A DNA stretch of 64,000 nucleotides from an uncultured Lentimicrobiaceae bacterium. GTDB lineage: Bacteria; Bacteroidota; Bacteroidia; Bacteroidales; 4484-276. A program made the translations under genes and the position numbers. Numbering within the stretch: the first letter of the stretch is position 1; each line of letters begins with the position of its first letter. This document shows positions 1-10,082 of the stretch, in pieces. The stretch covers positions 81 through 64,080 of the forward strand of contig CAZQIV010000007.1 in NCBI GenBank assembly GCA_964593705.1. The letters are read 5' to 3'. The notes beneath the pieces are model-generated. The model was given only the letters and a program-made list of their open reading frames with translations. It was not told the DNA's origin and did not search any database.

Positions 1-1
1 C

Positions 2-211
2 ATAGCTGTTAAGAAGAATAATCCAACTATCAATGACCTCAATCAGTTACTAAAAGATGACAGCATAATTGAAACACCGACTTGGCGTTCCATTCAACAC
101 TTGGGAGATTTAAGAAATCTATGCGACCACAAAAAACTAAAGGAACCAATAAAGGAAGAAATTGAGGAATTGATAAATGGAGTTGATAAAATAAGTAAAA
201 CACTATATTGA
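2..211 (+). CDS. 3' end of a HEPN-like protein gene (5' part outside window)
   Basis: The frame is open from the window edge to TGA at 209-211 (69 codons: ...TWRSIQHLGDLRNLCDHKKLKEP...). It contains an R-x4-H motif (RNLCDH) as in HEPN nucleases. It is missing from the ORF track only because it has no start in the window. I prefer it over the antisense ORF 39..266. Confidence 0.4.
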   Translation: MAVKKNNPTINDLNQLLKDDSIIETPTWRSIQHLGDLRNLCDHKKLKEPIKEEIEELINGVDKISKTLY

Positions 212-237
212 CAGTAGAAAGGAATAATTCCAACGCA

Positions 238-305
238 TTTGCAAGCACAATTATAAAACCGCACAAGGCAACGCTAAAACCAAAGTTTTTAATGGAGCTT
301 GCAAA
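238..305. repeat. Structured hairpin element, copy X1
   Basis: Outer stem is 9 bp (TTTGCAAGC 238-246 / GCTTGCAAA 297-305). Inner stem is 251-259 / 285-292, with a 25-nt loop at 260-284. The same architecture occurs at 56170-56228 and 59347-59409. Confidence 0.6.
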
Positions 306-1038
306 GCCAACTTAAGAGAAGAATTTCAAAAATTTTCTCCCACGCTAAAAAAGAAAAAAATAAAACACACCACCACACGGGCGACATAGACAGACAAGGA
401 AAATTAAATGAATTTGACAAGTTTAATATGACATTAAAATTTGACAGCTATTCAGACAAAGACAAGAATCGCCAGTGCATAACAAATAGGCATGATTATT
501 CGGCAAAGCCGCATTAATCCTGAGCAGACATAGCTCTTGTGGATTCCTTATGTTAGAGGAACTGGGTGATGAATGATTTACTTCAATGCTGCACTAAATG
601 TGGGTTATGGGGTTTGATAAATGATTGTACATTTTCAACAGGACTATTTTTAAAGTATCTTTTTGATTTAATATTCAAAAAAACAAAGGAAAGTAACACC
701 GTGAATACTCCCAGGTAGTTGTGCTTTACTTTTAAAAAACCGTCCCACTCCTGGAAACAATTCACGGTGTGACTGTGTTGGAAAATAGTCATCCGATGAA
801 TTACTCCAGGGAGCAAAGCAGCTTTCTTATTTTTCCCCCTGCGCCAAAGCTTATTCATCGGATGACTGTGAAACTTTTTGAAAGGTTTTGGCTCCCATAA
901 ATAAACAATGCCCATTTCCAAATATTTCGCCGGTGGGCGGACTATAACTATAAACCAATATCGATTAACATTTTACCATTACCAATAACAGATAACGATT
1001 AACCAATTACCAATAACGAATAACGGATAACGATTAAC

Positions 1039-1194
1039 TAGTGTCTGTCCATAAAGTCGACTTTTTTTGATTTAAGATTGACGATTAACGATCGGAGATT
1101 TTAGATTGTGTTGAATATCACCAACATCTTATATCTAAAATCGTTAATCTGAAATCGTATATTTTTCTAAATGTTACTTTAAAGACGAACACTA
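1039..1194. mobile_element. MITE-like palindromic element, family 1
   Basis: Left end is TAGTGTCTGTCCATAAAGTCG and right end is AAAGACGAACACTA, which are inverted versions of each other. The interior holds the hairpin GATTTTAGAT..ATCTAAAATC. The termini are shared with copies at 11264, 47363 and 50798. Confidence 0.55.
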
Positions 1195-1205
1195 CCTAAT
1201 CACAA

Positions 1206-4200
1206 TCATCTCACCACCTCAACCCACTTCCCTTTTTCACGGGTGTATGTTTTATTGTCGTACATGGCGTGGCAGGCAGTTCCGGGCATGTAAAATCTTC
1301 CGGTGTAGGCGGCATTGAGCGAAACTTTGAAAGTTACCGATTTGTGTACGCCAAGGTTAAAGAAAGTAAACACCCGGTCATCGCGGATATCCCGATAATC
1401 GTAATTATTTTCTTCGCCCAGATTTCCTGTTTCGGTATATCTGAGGTTTAGAATTTCCCATCCCGAAGGAAAAACCTGTGCAAGCGCGAGGTTTTCATAG
1501 TTGCCCATAAGTCCGGGATTCTTAATCGTAACCACCGCTTCAAAGTCAGTTCCCTGCTTCAGGCTGTCCACATCCAATACTCCACCATCAATACTCATAT
1601 ACATAACAAGCATTTCCAAATTCTTCGATTCGCTTGTCTCATTGCCTTGCAGTGGCTTGCCGGTGATGGTTTTTGTGAGGTATAATTTATTTCCGGCAAG
1701 ATTTTTCACCCTTACACTTTTCTCAGACTTATCGCTTTCGCCTACTGATATTGTGTAAATGGGATTTGCCGTGTTGATCTCTTTGGTTTTCCCGGCCAAA
1801 GTATATTCAAAATGGTTTTCACGGCTTTCGCCGGATCCTTCGGCAAAACGTGCCATGGAATACAAAGCGAAGGCTGCTGTTTGTGTACTCAAATAATTTA
1901 CCCTCATTTCATCCGCCATTTTACTGGCCAGCTCATAAGCTTCCTCGTCTTTTTTCATCAAAACCAACACTTCAAGCATCATGGCCTGGTCGCGTAGGGC
2001 TGAACCAAAGGTAAATCCCGGGGAATCATAGCTATTGGTTTCGGTATAGCTAATGTTTTGTGTCAGCTCTGTTGCTGCTTCCGGCTTGCCTGCCAAAAGG
2101 TAAGCGGCAGCCAGCCTCCAGCGGCTTGTGTTCGATAGGTCAGTATTTTCGCGTAAACGATTCATAGCGCTCAGGTTGGGCTTTCCGGCCAATGCCAATG
2201 TATAAAGTCGATAGGCTTGCATCAATTCAGAATTATAATAGTAATGATATTTATCCCGATCAGTTGAAAATCCTGAAGCCTTCGCGTATTGCCAATCCAG
2301 CCAGCGCTTTTTAAAACCCGAAGGAATAAGGTAACCCTTCTGCTCGGCCAGCAGCAGGAAATGCCAGGCATAAGTGCTTCCCCATTCCGAAACATATCGC
2401 TGCCCGGGCCAGTAACTCATTGCACCATTTACTTCCTGGAATTTCCCCAACTTTTTAATGGCCTGGGTTATGTTGTAATTGATTTCTGCTTTTTTGTTTG
2501 CATCAAGTTCGGTGAGTTCATCGAGATAAAGTTGTGGAAACACAGAAGAGGTAACCTGCTCAACGCAGCCATAGGGGTAGCGAATGAGGTATTTCAGATT
2601 TTTTTCCAAATCGAAGGCCGGCATGCCCGAAACTTCTATCGTGCCACTGTTCGTACCTTTCATTCCAAAGAAATCGTAAGCAACAGATTTTGTTCCACCC
2701 GGATTGAGAAGCACAGTTTCCACGTTGCTTACGTAAGCATTCGGGTTTCTCACACCCAGTTCAATTTCTGCGGAAGCCGACTCTTTGCCGGATGTTGCCG
2801 TAACCACGATTTTCCCTGCACCTTCATATTGTGCCGCTTTAAGTTTGAAAAATGCCATCTTTTCGCCCATCTTTTCAAAAGACAGTTCAGATGATGCTGC
2901 CCCGGCAATGGTTAGAGGCCCATCGGTTTTTACCGTAATTTTCACATTCCTGATGTCATCATTCATTACAAAAACCGAAACCGGCAAGTCAAAATCTTCA
3001 TCCGGGCCAATTACCCGTGGCGCTGTTGGCAAAACCATGAGTGGCTGTTTTACGGGGACAGCTTCATCGGCAGAGCCAAAAGCCCCATCGTGTCCGGCAA
3101 CCACCATAATTTTTACGGAACCAATATAATTGGGCATGATCAACTCATGCTTTGCAGTTTTATTTTTCTTCAACCCGAAGGGACCCAGGAATTTTACCAC
3201 GGGTTTAAAGCGATTGGGCTTTTTATCCTTTTCAATCTTGGCTTCATCATCGCCACCAATGGCAAGCACTTTTTGCAACTGCCCGCCATAAGCACCAAGT
3301 ACGTCATCGAACAAATCCCAGGTTTTTATACCCAAAGCTTCCCGGGCATAAAAATATTGCCACAGATCCGGGGTTTTAAAACGGGTTAAATCCAAAAGTC
3401 CTTCATCCACCACAGCAAGCGTATAGGTTATATGCTGCCCATTTTTTTCGGATACTTTAACCGTATAAGTAGCCTCGGGACGAATTTCCTGTGGAGCTTC
3501 AATCACAGGATAGAGAATGGTTACAGGGTCTTCCACCATGATGGGCGTACAACCGTACATTCTAATAGGGAGATCGTTCATGGTTTGGGCGTGGGCTTGC
3601 AGCAAAGTAACATAAGCATAAACATTGGGCGCCATGTCGCCGGTAATGTCAAACGAAAATCCGCTTTGCAAATCATCGCCATTTACCCACCAGTATTTCA
3701 GTATTTCGCTCCCTGTTTCGAGGGTAATCAAGGCCTTGGAATCTTTTGAGGCCGGGAAGGTAAGTTTTGCACGGTCGCCGGGATTATAGGATTCCTTGTC
3801 GGAAGCCACATTCAGCACCGTTGCACCGGCAGGGTTGGTTCTGTCTTCGCGGCTCACGTACGACGGCCAGTCGATATAAACAGGCAAGCCGATACTGTGA
3901 CCAGATTCAGGATCATTAATTTGGATAAGGTATCTGCCCCATTGAGGGTATTTAATTTTAAAGTCGAAAGACCCTTTCCCGTTATGGGTTGAAATATTCT
4001 TTTGAAAAACCACATCTGCATTTTGACCCCGAATCCATGAAGCCAGGTTGTCATTACCCGAACTCCACCACCAGCGCCATGAAATCCGATAAACCCGAAC
4101 CTCCAGGTTATCGGCAGACACCGGTTTCCCGTTTTTATCCACAGTTACCACTTCCACAACATGGGAAGTATCGGTGGTAAGCATATTTTTATATGATCCG

Positions 4201-6755
4201 CCATCAGGCACATGCACCCCCACAAAACGATTGTAGGGAGCGAGGGGCATCGAAAAAACATCAGTAGAAAAATCACCTCCCTTTTCAAAAACACGGGTAT
4301 TAAAAACTGCCTTCAACATGCCGGGGGCTCCGTAATTCACATTCATTGTCAATGGAAATGATACTTTTCCCGATGCATCCAAATCGCCATTAAAAATGGT
4401 ATTATCGGCAGGCCAATAGTTTTTGGAAGGATCGTTAAAGGTGAAATTCTCGTAGCCTTTAAATTTATAATCCATCGTATAAAGTTTGAGATCCACCTGT
4501 GCCCGTAGGTTTGCGGCATCGGCACCATGCAGCCATTTTACATCTAATTTCCCCTGCTGCCCCGGTTCTGATTTCGATAAAATTTCCCGATTGAAAGTGA
4601 GGTTAATTTTCAGGCGATTCGGTTTTATGGTTTCAATTTTCAATGTTTTATCAAAAGTAGCACCTCCCACACTCACCCTGGCGGTCCAGTTTCCTGTGGG
4701 TGCTTCGGCATCAGTTACCGGTTGGAAAGTGTAAAATCCATCAATCCCTGTTTTTTGCACCTCGCGCTTCGCCAACTGGCCCCTTGAATTGTACAATTCG
4801 AAAACCACAGGATGATTTTCAGGCAATTTGCCGGCAATATCATCCATCACGAAAGTCAGGAACAAGGTATCGCCCGGACGCCACACGCCACGCTCGCCGT
4901 ATATCATTGCTTTGATGCCATCGCTTATCTTCTGCCCCGAAACATCAAAATTACTCACCGAAAGCGAAGAACCATCATCCACCCGCAGCCACGACTGCTG
5001 GCCATCCTTTTGCACAAGAATAATATAAGGAGTTTCAGTGAGGCTGACAATTGCCATTCCATCACTATTTGTGAAATCGCTCCCTACGGGCTGCTGCTGG
5101 AAATTGTAAAATTCAACCTTTGCCGAAGCTACCGGCGAACCGCTTAAAAGATCGGTTATTGCCACAGTAAATTTGCGGCTATCCGCTGATTTGGCAATGA
5201 TGCCCAGGTTTGAAGCGAGGAGGTTTCGTTCAGGAAATTTATCATAAATATAATATGATTCAGTGCATGGATTGTCACGATCGCGCCAACGGTAATTTTC
5301 GGGATAGTCGCTGTAATACGTATCATCCCCTTCAAAATAAGAAGCCTCATTGGCTTTCATTAAGGGCAAATCCTTAAAGTTACTTAGATCGGCTTTCTCT
5401 TCCGATCCGCAATCGTAAACAGAATATTCTTTTCTAAAAACAATTTTTACCCTGTACATGGCATTGCGGTCGCTGTTGATCATCCCGGTAAGATCCACCG
5501 AATAGGCATTCCACTGCCGGATATCGGTATCGGGATTTTCATCCAGCCTCATCATTTTGCGGTAAACAGGTTTCCCGACATAGCGCAGGGAGTTGTCGCC
5601 GTTGTAATTGTTCTGCTGAAAAAACTGCATGATGTTGTCGGTATATATTTTATAAATCACCACATCAACGGCCCGCAAGCTTACCGATTTGAATGATAAG
5701 ATGAGATTGCGCGAATCGGGCATTATCGAACCGTTGCCCAAAATCACAACTTCAGGTTTTAGCGCCTCCATAGCTACAATATATTCGGTGGTTTTATCCA
5801 AACGAGTCCCATAAATATTTCGTAGGGTATTTTCGATGATGATGGTTTCTTCGCCTTCCATCCTTTTTTGTGGGAAGATGGTCACCACATTTTCCTTTAC
5901 CGAAAGTTTGATATCATCAAAATTCCTGAACCTGATCAATCCATCAACATCTTGATCGGGATCGATGGGATCGGAAAAAATTAGTGCCACACTTTGATTT
6001 GTTGACTGCCGCGAGGTATTCACCTGCAGCAATTTAAATTCGTCTGTTCCCGGAATTTCAATTTCAAGCTGGCCTTTTTTGTTTATCCCAAGCGGCTCGC
6101 CCAGCCAAAAAAGTGTTACTAAATACGATGATTCGCTCCTGATAATATTCATGATTGTGTATGTAAATTCGGTGGGGCTGTTGGCCTTTACTTCAACTTT
6201 CAGATTACCACCTGGAGAGGAGGCAGACAAAATTTTCGAGGCATCTTCCACACTCATATCATCAGCCGTTACCATTTTTCCCTCGTAGTGTTTTGTTTTG
6301 ATTTCCGTATCGCCACCAGCTGATAATTGCCCGGCATAAACATTAAAATCCTGATTAACTACAGAAAAACTAAACCCGAACTGACCAAGGTTTTTGGGGA
6401 TATCAACCAATTTACCAATTTTGAAATTAACGGTGTAGCGCTGCCCGTTCTTCATGGCTTGCTCAGGCCTGAATTCTACAGTTTGTGGATCGATGAGCAA
6501 AGTTTTACCTTTGAGCGAAGGCTCGAAAGTAAGCACATTGTCCGGGAGCTCGGTGCCGGCACTGAAATTTTCCACTCCCTGGGCCAATGTTATCAACAAT
6601 GTTGATTTTGATGAAACAAAACCGGAGGTGTATCCATTGATGTATTTGTTAAATTGCGCCGGGTCGCTTTGGGTTTCCGATCCTTTTTTATTTACACACG
6701 AAAAAACTAAAAGCGCTGCCAGCAGCAGCATTAAAGATTGGACGAAATTTTTCAT
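1206..6755 (-). CDS. bacterial alpha-2-macroglobulin family lipoprotein (thioester-containing)
   Basis: 1849 aa. N-terminal lipoprotein-type signal (LLAALLVFSC). Intact thioester motif GCVEQ in RYPYGCVEQVTSS. Size is typical of YfhM-type bacterial A2M. Confidence 0.9.
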   Translation of the reverse strand: MKNFVQSLMLLLAALLVFSCVNKKGSETQSDPAQFNKYINGYTSGFVSSKSTLLITLAQGVENFSAGTELPDNVLTFEPSLKGKTLLIDPQTVEFRPEQAMKNGQRYTVNFKIGKLVDIPKNLGQFGFSFSVVNQDFNVYAGQLSAGGDTEIKTKHYEGKMVTADDMSVEDASKILSASSPGGNLKVEVKANSPTEFTYTIMNIIRSESSYLVTLFWLGEPLGINKKGQLEIEIPGTDEFKLLQVNTSRQSTNQSVALIFSDPIDPDQDVDGLIRFRNFDDIKLSVKENVVTIFPQKRMEGEETIIIENTLRNIYGTRLDKTTEYIVAMEALKPEVVILGNGSIMPDSRNLILSFKSVSLRAVDVVIYKIYTDNIMQFFQQNNYNGDNSLRYVGKPVYRKMMRLDENPDTDIRQWNAYSVDLTGMINSDRNAMYRVKIVFRKEYSVYDCGSEEKADLSNFKDLPLMKANEASYFEGDDTYYSDYPENYRWRDRDNPCTESYYIYDKFPERNLLASNLGIIAKSADSRKFTVAITDLLSGSPVASAKVEFYNFQQQPVGSDFTNSDGMAIVSLTETPYIILVQKDGQQSWLRVDDGSSLSVSNFDVSGQKISDGIKAMIYGERGVWRPGDTLFLTFVMDDIAGKLPENHPVVFELYNSRGQLAKREVQKTGIDGFYTFQPVTDAEAPTGNWTARVSVGGATFDKTLKIETIKPNRLKINLTFNREILSKSEPGQQGKLDVKWLHGADAANLRAQVDLKLYTMDYKFKGYENFTFNDPSKNYWPADNTIFNGDLDASGKVSFPLTMNVNYGAPGMLKAVFNTRVFEKGGDFSTDVFSMPLAPYNRFVGVHVPDGGSYKNMLTTDTSHVVEVVTVDKNGKPVSADNLEVRVYRISWRWWWSSGNDNLASWIRGQNADVVFQKNISTHNGKGSFDFKIKYPQWGRYLIQINDPESGHSIGLPVYIDWPSYVSREDRTNPAGATVLNVASDKESYNPGDRAKLTFPASKDSKALITLETGSEILKYWWVNGDDLQSGFSFDITGDMAPNVYAYVTLLQAHAQTMNDLPIRMYGCTPIMVEDPVTILYPVIEAPQEIRPEATYTVKVSEKNGQHITYTLAVVDEGLLDLTRFKTPDLWQYFYAREALGIKTWDLFDDVLGAYGGQLQKVLAIGGDDEAKIEKDKKPNRFKPVVKFLGPFGLKKNKTAKHELIMPNYIGSVKIMVVAGHDGAFGSADEAVPVKQPLMVLPTAPRVIGPDEDFDLPVSVFVMNDDIRNVKITVKTDGPLTIAGAASSELSFEKMGEKMAFFKLKAAQYEGAGKIVVTATSGKESASAEIELGVRNPNAYVSNVETVLLNPGGTKSVAYDFFGMKGTNSGTIEVSGMPAFDLEKNLKYLIRYPYGCVEQVTSSVFPQLYLDELTELDANKKAEINYNITQAIKKLGKFQEVNGAMSYWPGQRYVSEWGSTYAWHFLLLAEQKGYLIPSGFKKRWLDWQYAKASGFSTDRDKYHYYYNSELMQAYRLYTLALAGKPNLSAMNRLRENTDLSNTSRWRLAAAYLLAGKPEAATELTQNISYTETNSYDSPGFTFGSALRDQAMMLEVLVLMKKDEEAYELASKMADEMRVNYLSTQTAAFALYSMARFAEGSGESRENHFEYTLAGKTKEINTANPIYTISVGESDKSEKSVRVKNLAGNKLYLTKTITGKPLQGNETSESKNLEMLVMYMSIDGGVLDVDSLKQGTDFEAVVTIKNPGLMGNYENLALAQVFPSGWEILNLRYTETGNLGEENNYDYRDIRDDRVFTFFNLGVHKSVTFKVSLNAAYTGRFYMPGTACHAMYDNKTYTREKGKWVEVVR

Positions 6756-7337
6756 ATCGAACTTAATTTAGTTATGTTTACAAGCTTAAAATTGTACTGC
6801 AAATTTGCGATTTATTATTGTAAAAGAGAAGCAGGGACTAAAGTAAAAATAATTGCATCAAATAGTTCCATGATGCAATATCCATTTTAGATCCTCATTT
6901 TTATTTGGGAGGCAGACGGGCTTTCCGCTATACCCGCCTTGCGCCTGCTTTGTTTTTGTAGGTGGTACGTGGGCTTCCTTCGTCAGCCTACGCCCGCCAA
7001 CAAAAACATAAGCAGCCGCTTCGTCGGGGTACCGCTCCAATCCCTGCCTCGCCCAAGCTCATGGCAAATGCAGTGGAATAGCGGCAGAGCCGCAAAATCT
7101 TTGTAGAAGCAATAACCTTTAACCATCACAAGCTCCGGAGGAGCGAAATATTAAACTGTCAATTTCTCATTAAACAAAAATCCTAAGCTTGAAAAATACC
7201 AGGAGAAATTGATACATTTGTTTTTATCTGAAGCGGAAGTAAACAAATCTCAAACAAATAGAATAATTTATAAATATTATAACACCTACGAACATTAATA
7301 AAATTTTATCCGTGCATCAGTGGCTAATTTTATACAG

Positions 7338-7799
7338 ATGAAAAATCAAATTAAAAACTTCAATATCCGTGTTTACGGCATCGCCATTAATAACTTAAAT
7401 GAAATTTTACTCACCGATGAGTTCAGGTTGGGTATGCAGATGACGAAATTTCCGGGCGGCGGGCTGGAATTTGGAGAAGGCACTATAGAATGTTTGCACC
7501 GCGAATGTATGGAGGAGATTGGTAAGGAAATCAAAATCATCCGTCATTTTTATACCACCGATTATTTTCAAGCAACCCACCTATTAAAAGAGCCACAGCA
7601 ATTACTCAGCATTTATTACCTCATTAAAATTAAAAATGCCAATGACATCCCCGTAAGGGAAAAAAGATTTGACTTTGAAAAAATTGATGGGGCTCAAACT
7701 TTCAGGTGGGTAAAAATAACGGAACTCAGTACAAATGAATTGACCTTCCCGATTGATAAAAAAGTGCTGGGAATGTTGAAATCAGAATTTGGATTTTAA
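7338..7799 (+). CDS. NUDIX hydrolase
   Basis: Nudix box GGGLEFGEGTIECLHRECMEEIG. ATG at 7338 (MKNQIKNF...) is preferred to the GTG at 7320 given in the ORF track. Confidence 0.85.
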   Translation: MKNQIKNFNIRVYGIAINNLNEILLTDEFRLGMQMTKFPGGGLEFGEGTIECLHRECMEEIGKEIKIIRHFYTTDYFQATHLLKEPQQLLSIYYLIKIKNANDIPVREKRFDFEKIDGAQTFRWVKITELSTNELTFPIDKKVLGMLKSEFGF

Positions 7800-8462
7800 G
7801 TGCTCATCCTGCGAAAACGCTTCTTCAAATTTAGCGTTGGTGCGATAGACAACCGTCTTTTCGCTAATCACAATATCGATGATTTTTAAGCTAATCAAAT
7901 CGGCCAGCACCTTTTCGGCAACTTGCCTCGAAATTCCGGCAATTTTCCTGAACTTGGTCAAACTTACTTCGCCGTATTTATCCAGAAAATCGAGCAATAT
8001 TTTTTCTTTGTCGGTGTAGCGGATCGTAATCCCTTTTTGCCTTTTACTCATCCTCCACACTTTGAGTAGCACAGTGTTGGCCAGTATATTTTGATCGTTA
8101 ACCCTGATGTAGGCCATCCATTTCCCCTCCTTATCCGGCGCTAAAAAGGGTCTTTCAACGGTTTTCCTGGGAATATCAATCTCCAGAATTGCCTTACCAT
8201 CAACCACCCACTCTTTCATTTTAAAACTAACTTCGGGCCTGCAATACATTTGTGCCGCAGCCTCCACCATATAAAATTCTTCCTCCGATCTTACTCCCGC
8301 GATCACACCATTGTCCTTTACACCAACAAGCAGCTTCCCGCCATCGGTATTTGAGAATGCTGCAAGCGAGCGGGCAATTTTCTTTGAATTCGAAATTTCG
8401 AATTTAAAATCCTGATGCTGATGCTCCCCCTGCGCTATTAATTTTTTGATGTAAGAACTCAC
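7782..8462 (-). CDS. AlbA_2 / Schlafen-type (divergent AAA-4) DNA-binding domain protein with C-terminal wHTH
   Basis: The N-terminus (EHQHQDFKFE...IARSLAAFSNTDGGKLLVGVKDNGVIAGV) matches the AlbA_2 domain pattern. The C-terminus looks like a winged helix (SLTKFRKIAGISRQVAEKVLADL). It converges on the Nudix gene and overlaps it by 18 nt. Confidence 0.6.
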   Translation of the reverse strand: MSSYIKKLIAQGEHQHQDFKFEISNSKKIARSLAAFSNTDGGKLLVGVKDNGVIAGVRSEEEFYMVEAAAQMYCRPEVSFKMKEWVVDGKAILEIDIPRKTVERPFLAPDKEGKWMAYIRVNDQNILANTVLLKVWRMSKRQKGITIRYTDKEKILLDFLDKYGEVSLTKFRKIAGISRQVAEKVLADLISLKIIDIVISEKTVVYRTNAKFEEAFSQDEHLKSKF

Positions 8463-8703
8463 GGCTAAAATCTTTTCTTGTAAACGGATTACTTTAAGGT
8501 GTAGTATTAACCCGCACTTTTCATCCAGGAGCAGAGCGAATTGGATGAATGTGAGTAAGCTTGTGGGAAGCAGTGCGAGAAATCCCGATTTACAATAAGT
8601 TAATTTTGGGATATGCCTTGGAACTTCAGTTTAGGATTATTAAACAGATTTTAAAAATGCCCATTTTCGGGATTAAAATTTATGAAAGCTGAAACTTGTA
8701 TCT

Positions 8704-8844
8704 AAACATATCAATGTTTGGGAACATGCCTATTACCTCAAATATCAAAACAAACGAGGAGATTATGTAAATGCATTCTTCGAGGTTATCAACTGGGGAG
8801 ATGTTTCAAAAAGGTTGGAAGATTTGAAAAACATTTTTGCATAA
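8704..8844 (+). pseudogene. relic of an Fe/Mn superoxide dismutase gene (C-terminal ~45 codons only)
   Basis: Translates to [46 protein letters not shown], the conserved WEHAYYL.YQN....NW C-terminal block of Fe/Mn SODs. A stop codon lies directly upstream and no N-terminal domain is present. Confidence 0.75.
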
Positions 8845-8952
8845 AGCAATGAACCTGGCTCTAAATTGCGTTGGTCTTTAAAGTAAGTTTTTTTTGAAAT
8901 ATCAATTGCCACATCCTTTAGGGTGTGGATTAAATTGATGTGATGAATTCCC

Positions 8953-9083
8953 CCGCCTTTTCGCTGTCAATGCCTTCGGCATTGACAGCGAAAAGGCGGC
9001 GGAACATTGCTAAATTCAATAATCCCCGGGTTAAAACCCGGGGCAAGTGAAAAGTACCGACTTTATGGACACGCACTAAATAG
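8953..9083. repeat. two GC-rich hairpins plus a family-1 terminus
   Basis: Perfect 22-bp stem at 8953-8999 (CCGCCTTTTCGCTGTCAATGCC ttcg GGCATTGACAGCGAAAAGGCGG). CCCCGGGttaaaaCCCGGGG at 9024-9043. Reverse-oriented GTCCATAAAGTCGGTAC terminus at 9054-9083. Confidence 0.7.
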
Positions 9084-9507
9084 TACCATCAAGCAGGTGT
9101 GTTGTTAGCATACTCCCGATCATCAATACCGAAGTTGCAACAACAATTATTGAGTGTTTTGATGGGGGCTTAAACAATAAAATCACAACCAAATAGCACA
9201 ACACCATAAAGCCTCCGGTGTAAAAGTTGGGTTCGCCAAAAGTTTGTGTGATCCCTGCCAGCAGGCTTCCAAACATTAATAATATACCAACAAGGGCGCT
9301 GGCAGTATAGCATGGAACTTTGTATGCATTAAACACCTTTTTGTGATTGATAAAAAAGAGCGGCGTGAAAATAAATGCCATGACAACTACGGCCAGGGTA
9401 TAAAAAAGTCCTGCATCAAAATTCATTGGTACAAGGCTAAAAACAATAGCACCAATAAGGAGTAAAATTGTCAGGAAGCCCGAGTAATTAACATATTTTT
9501 CCATCAT
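9076..9507 (-). CDS. hypothetical integral membrane protein
   Basis: 143 aa with about four hydrophobic segments and no recognisable motif. Confidence 0.45.
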   Translation of the reverse strand: MMEKYVNYSGFLTILLLIGAIVFSLVPMNFDAGLFYTLAVVVMAFIFTPLFFINHKKVFNAYKVPCYTASALVGILLMFGSLLAGITQTFGEPNFYTGGFMVLCYLVVILLFKPPSKHSIIVVATSVLMIGSMLTTHLLDGTI

Positions 9508-10025
9508 GTCCTTTATTTATTTGTTTCGTACAAATGTAGAGAAAATGTTTCAATTGTTAAAAATGAGCGAATAATTTAGCTGCAATAAAACCATGCTAAA
9601 AAAGGAAATGCTTAGATTTTAAAGCGCTGCTGCATGGTTAAATTGATGTGTTTGTAAACCAACCGGCTTGCAAGTACAGAACTCCTGACCCGTTAGTTTA
9701 AAATCAAATAGACATCATACTGTTGTCGTAATTCAATATGTCGCAAATAGAATCTTTTACATATTCATTTTTTCTTTGTGTTTCTTTGAGTCTTGGTGTC
9801 TTGGTGGCTATTTCTTATAAAATTGCCACAAGGCTCAAAGGCACTCCCGATAGGGATACCCGCTTCGCGAGGCGAGCCTTTGGTAAAAGTATCCAAGTGT
9901 ATCTGATGCGACATAACAACTACGACAAGTCAGGATTTCTGAAGTTAGCCCTTATTATACGGATTAAAACGAAAAATCCCTGCAAGTTTATCGTTTGCAG
10001 GGATTTTAAAATTAATATTGAGTGT

Positions 10026-10067
10026 AGTCTAAAAACCCCAATACTACTGATTTTTAGACTGGTCTCA
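10026..10067. repeat. family-2 palindromic element, minimal copy
   Basis: AGTCTAAAAAcccc..TTTTTAGACTGGTCTCA. The same ends occur at 39363-39525, 48890-48944 and 62461-62607. Confidence 0.5.
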
Positions 10068-10082
10068 ATACTTATTTCAGCA

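Noticed and set aside
583-921. 112-aa ORF on the minus strand (also 299..517 on the plus strand)
   Set aside because: Both lie in a ~1-kb stretch full of nested inverted repeats, for example AGTCATCCGATGAAT..ATTCATCGGATGACT and CACCGTGAAT..ATTCACGGTG. The products are low-complexity or unrecognisable. They are most likely non-coding repeat DNA.
1269-6771. Numerous 60-200-aa ORFs antisense to or overlapping the A2M gene. The same pattern occurs inside the UvrA-like, GH92, TonB-receptor, GatD-like and other large genes.
   Set aside because: They are shadow ORFs within long, motif-supported coding regions and have no independent evidence.
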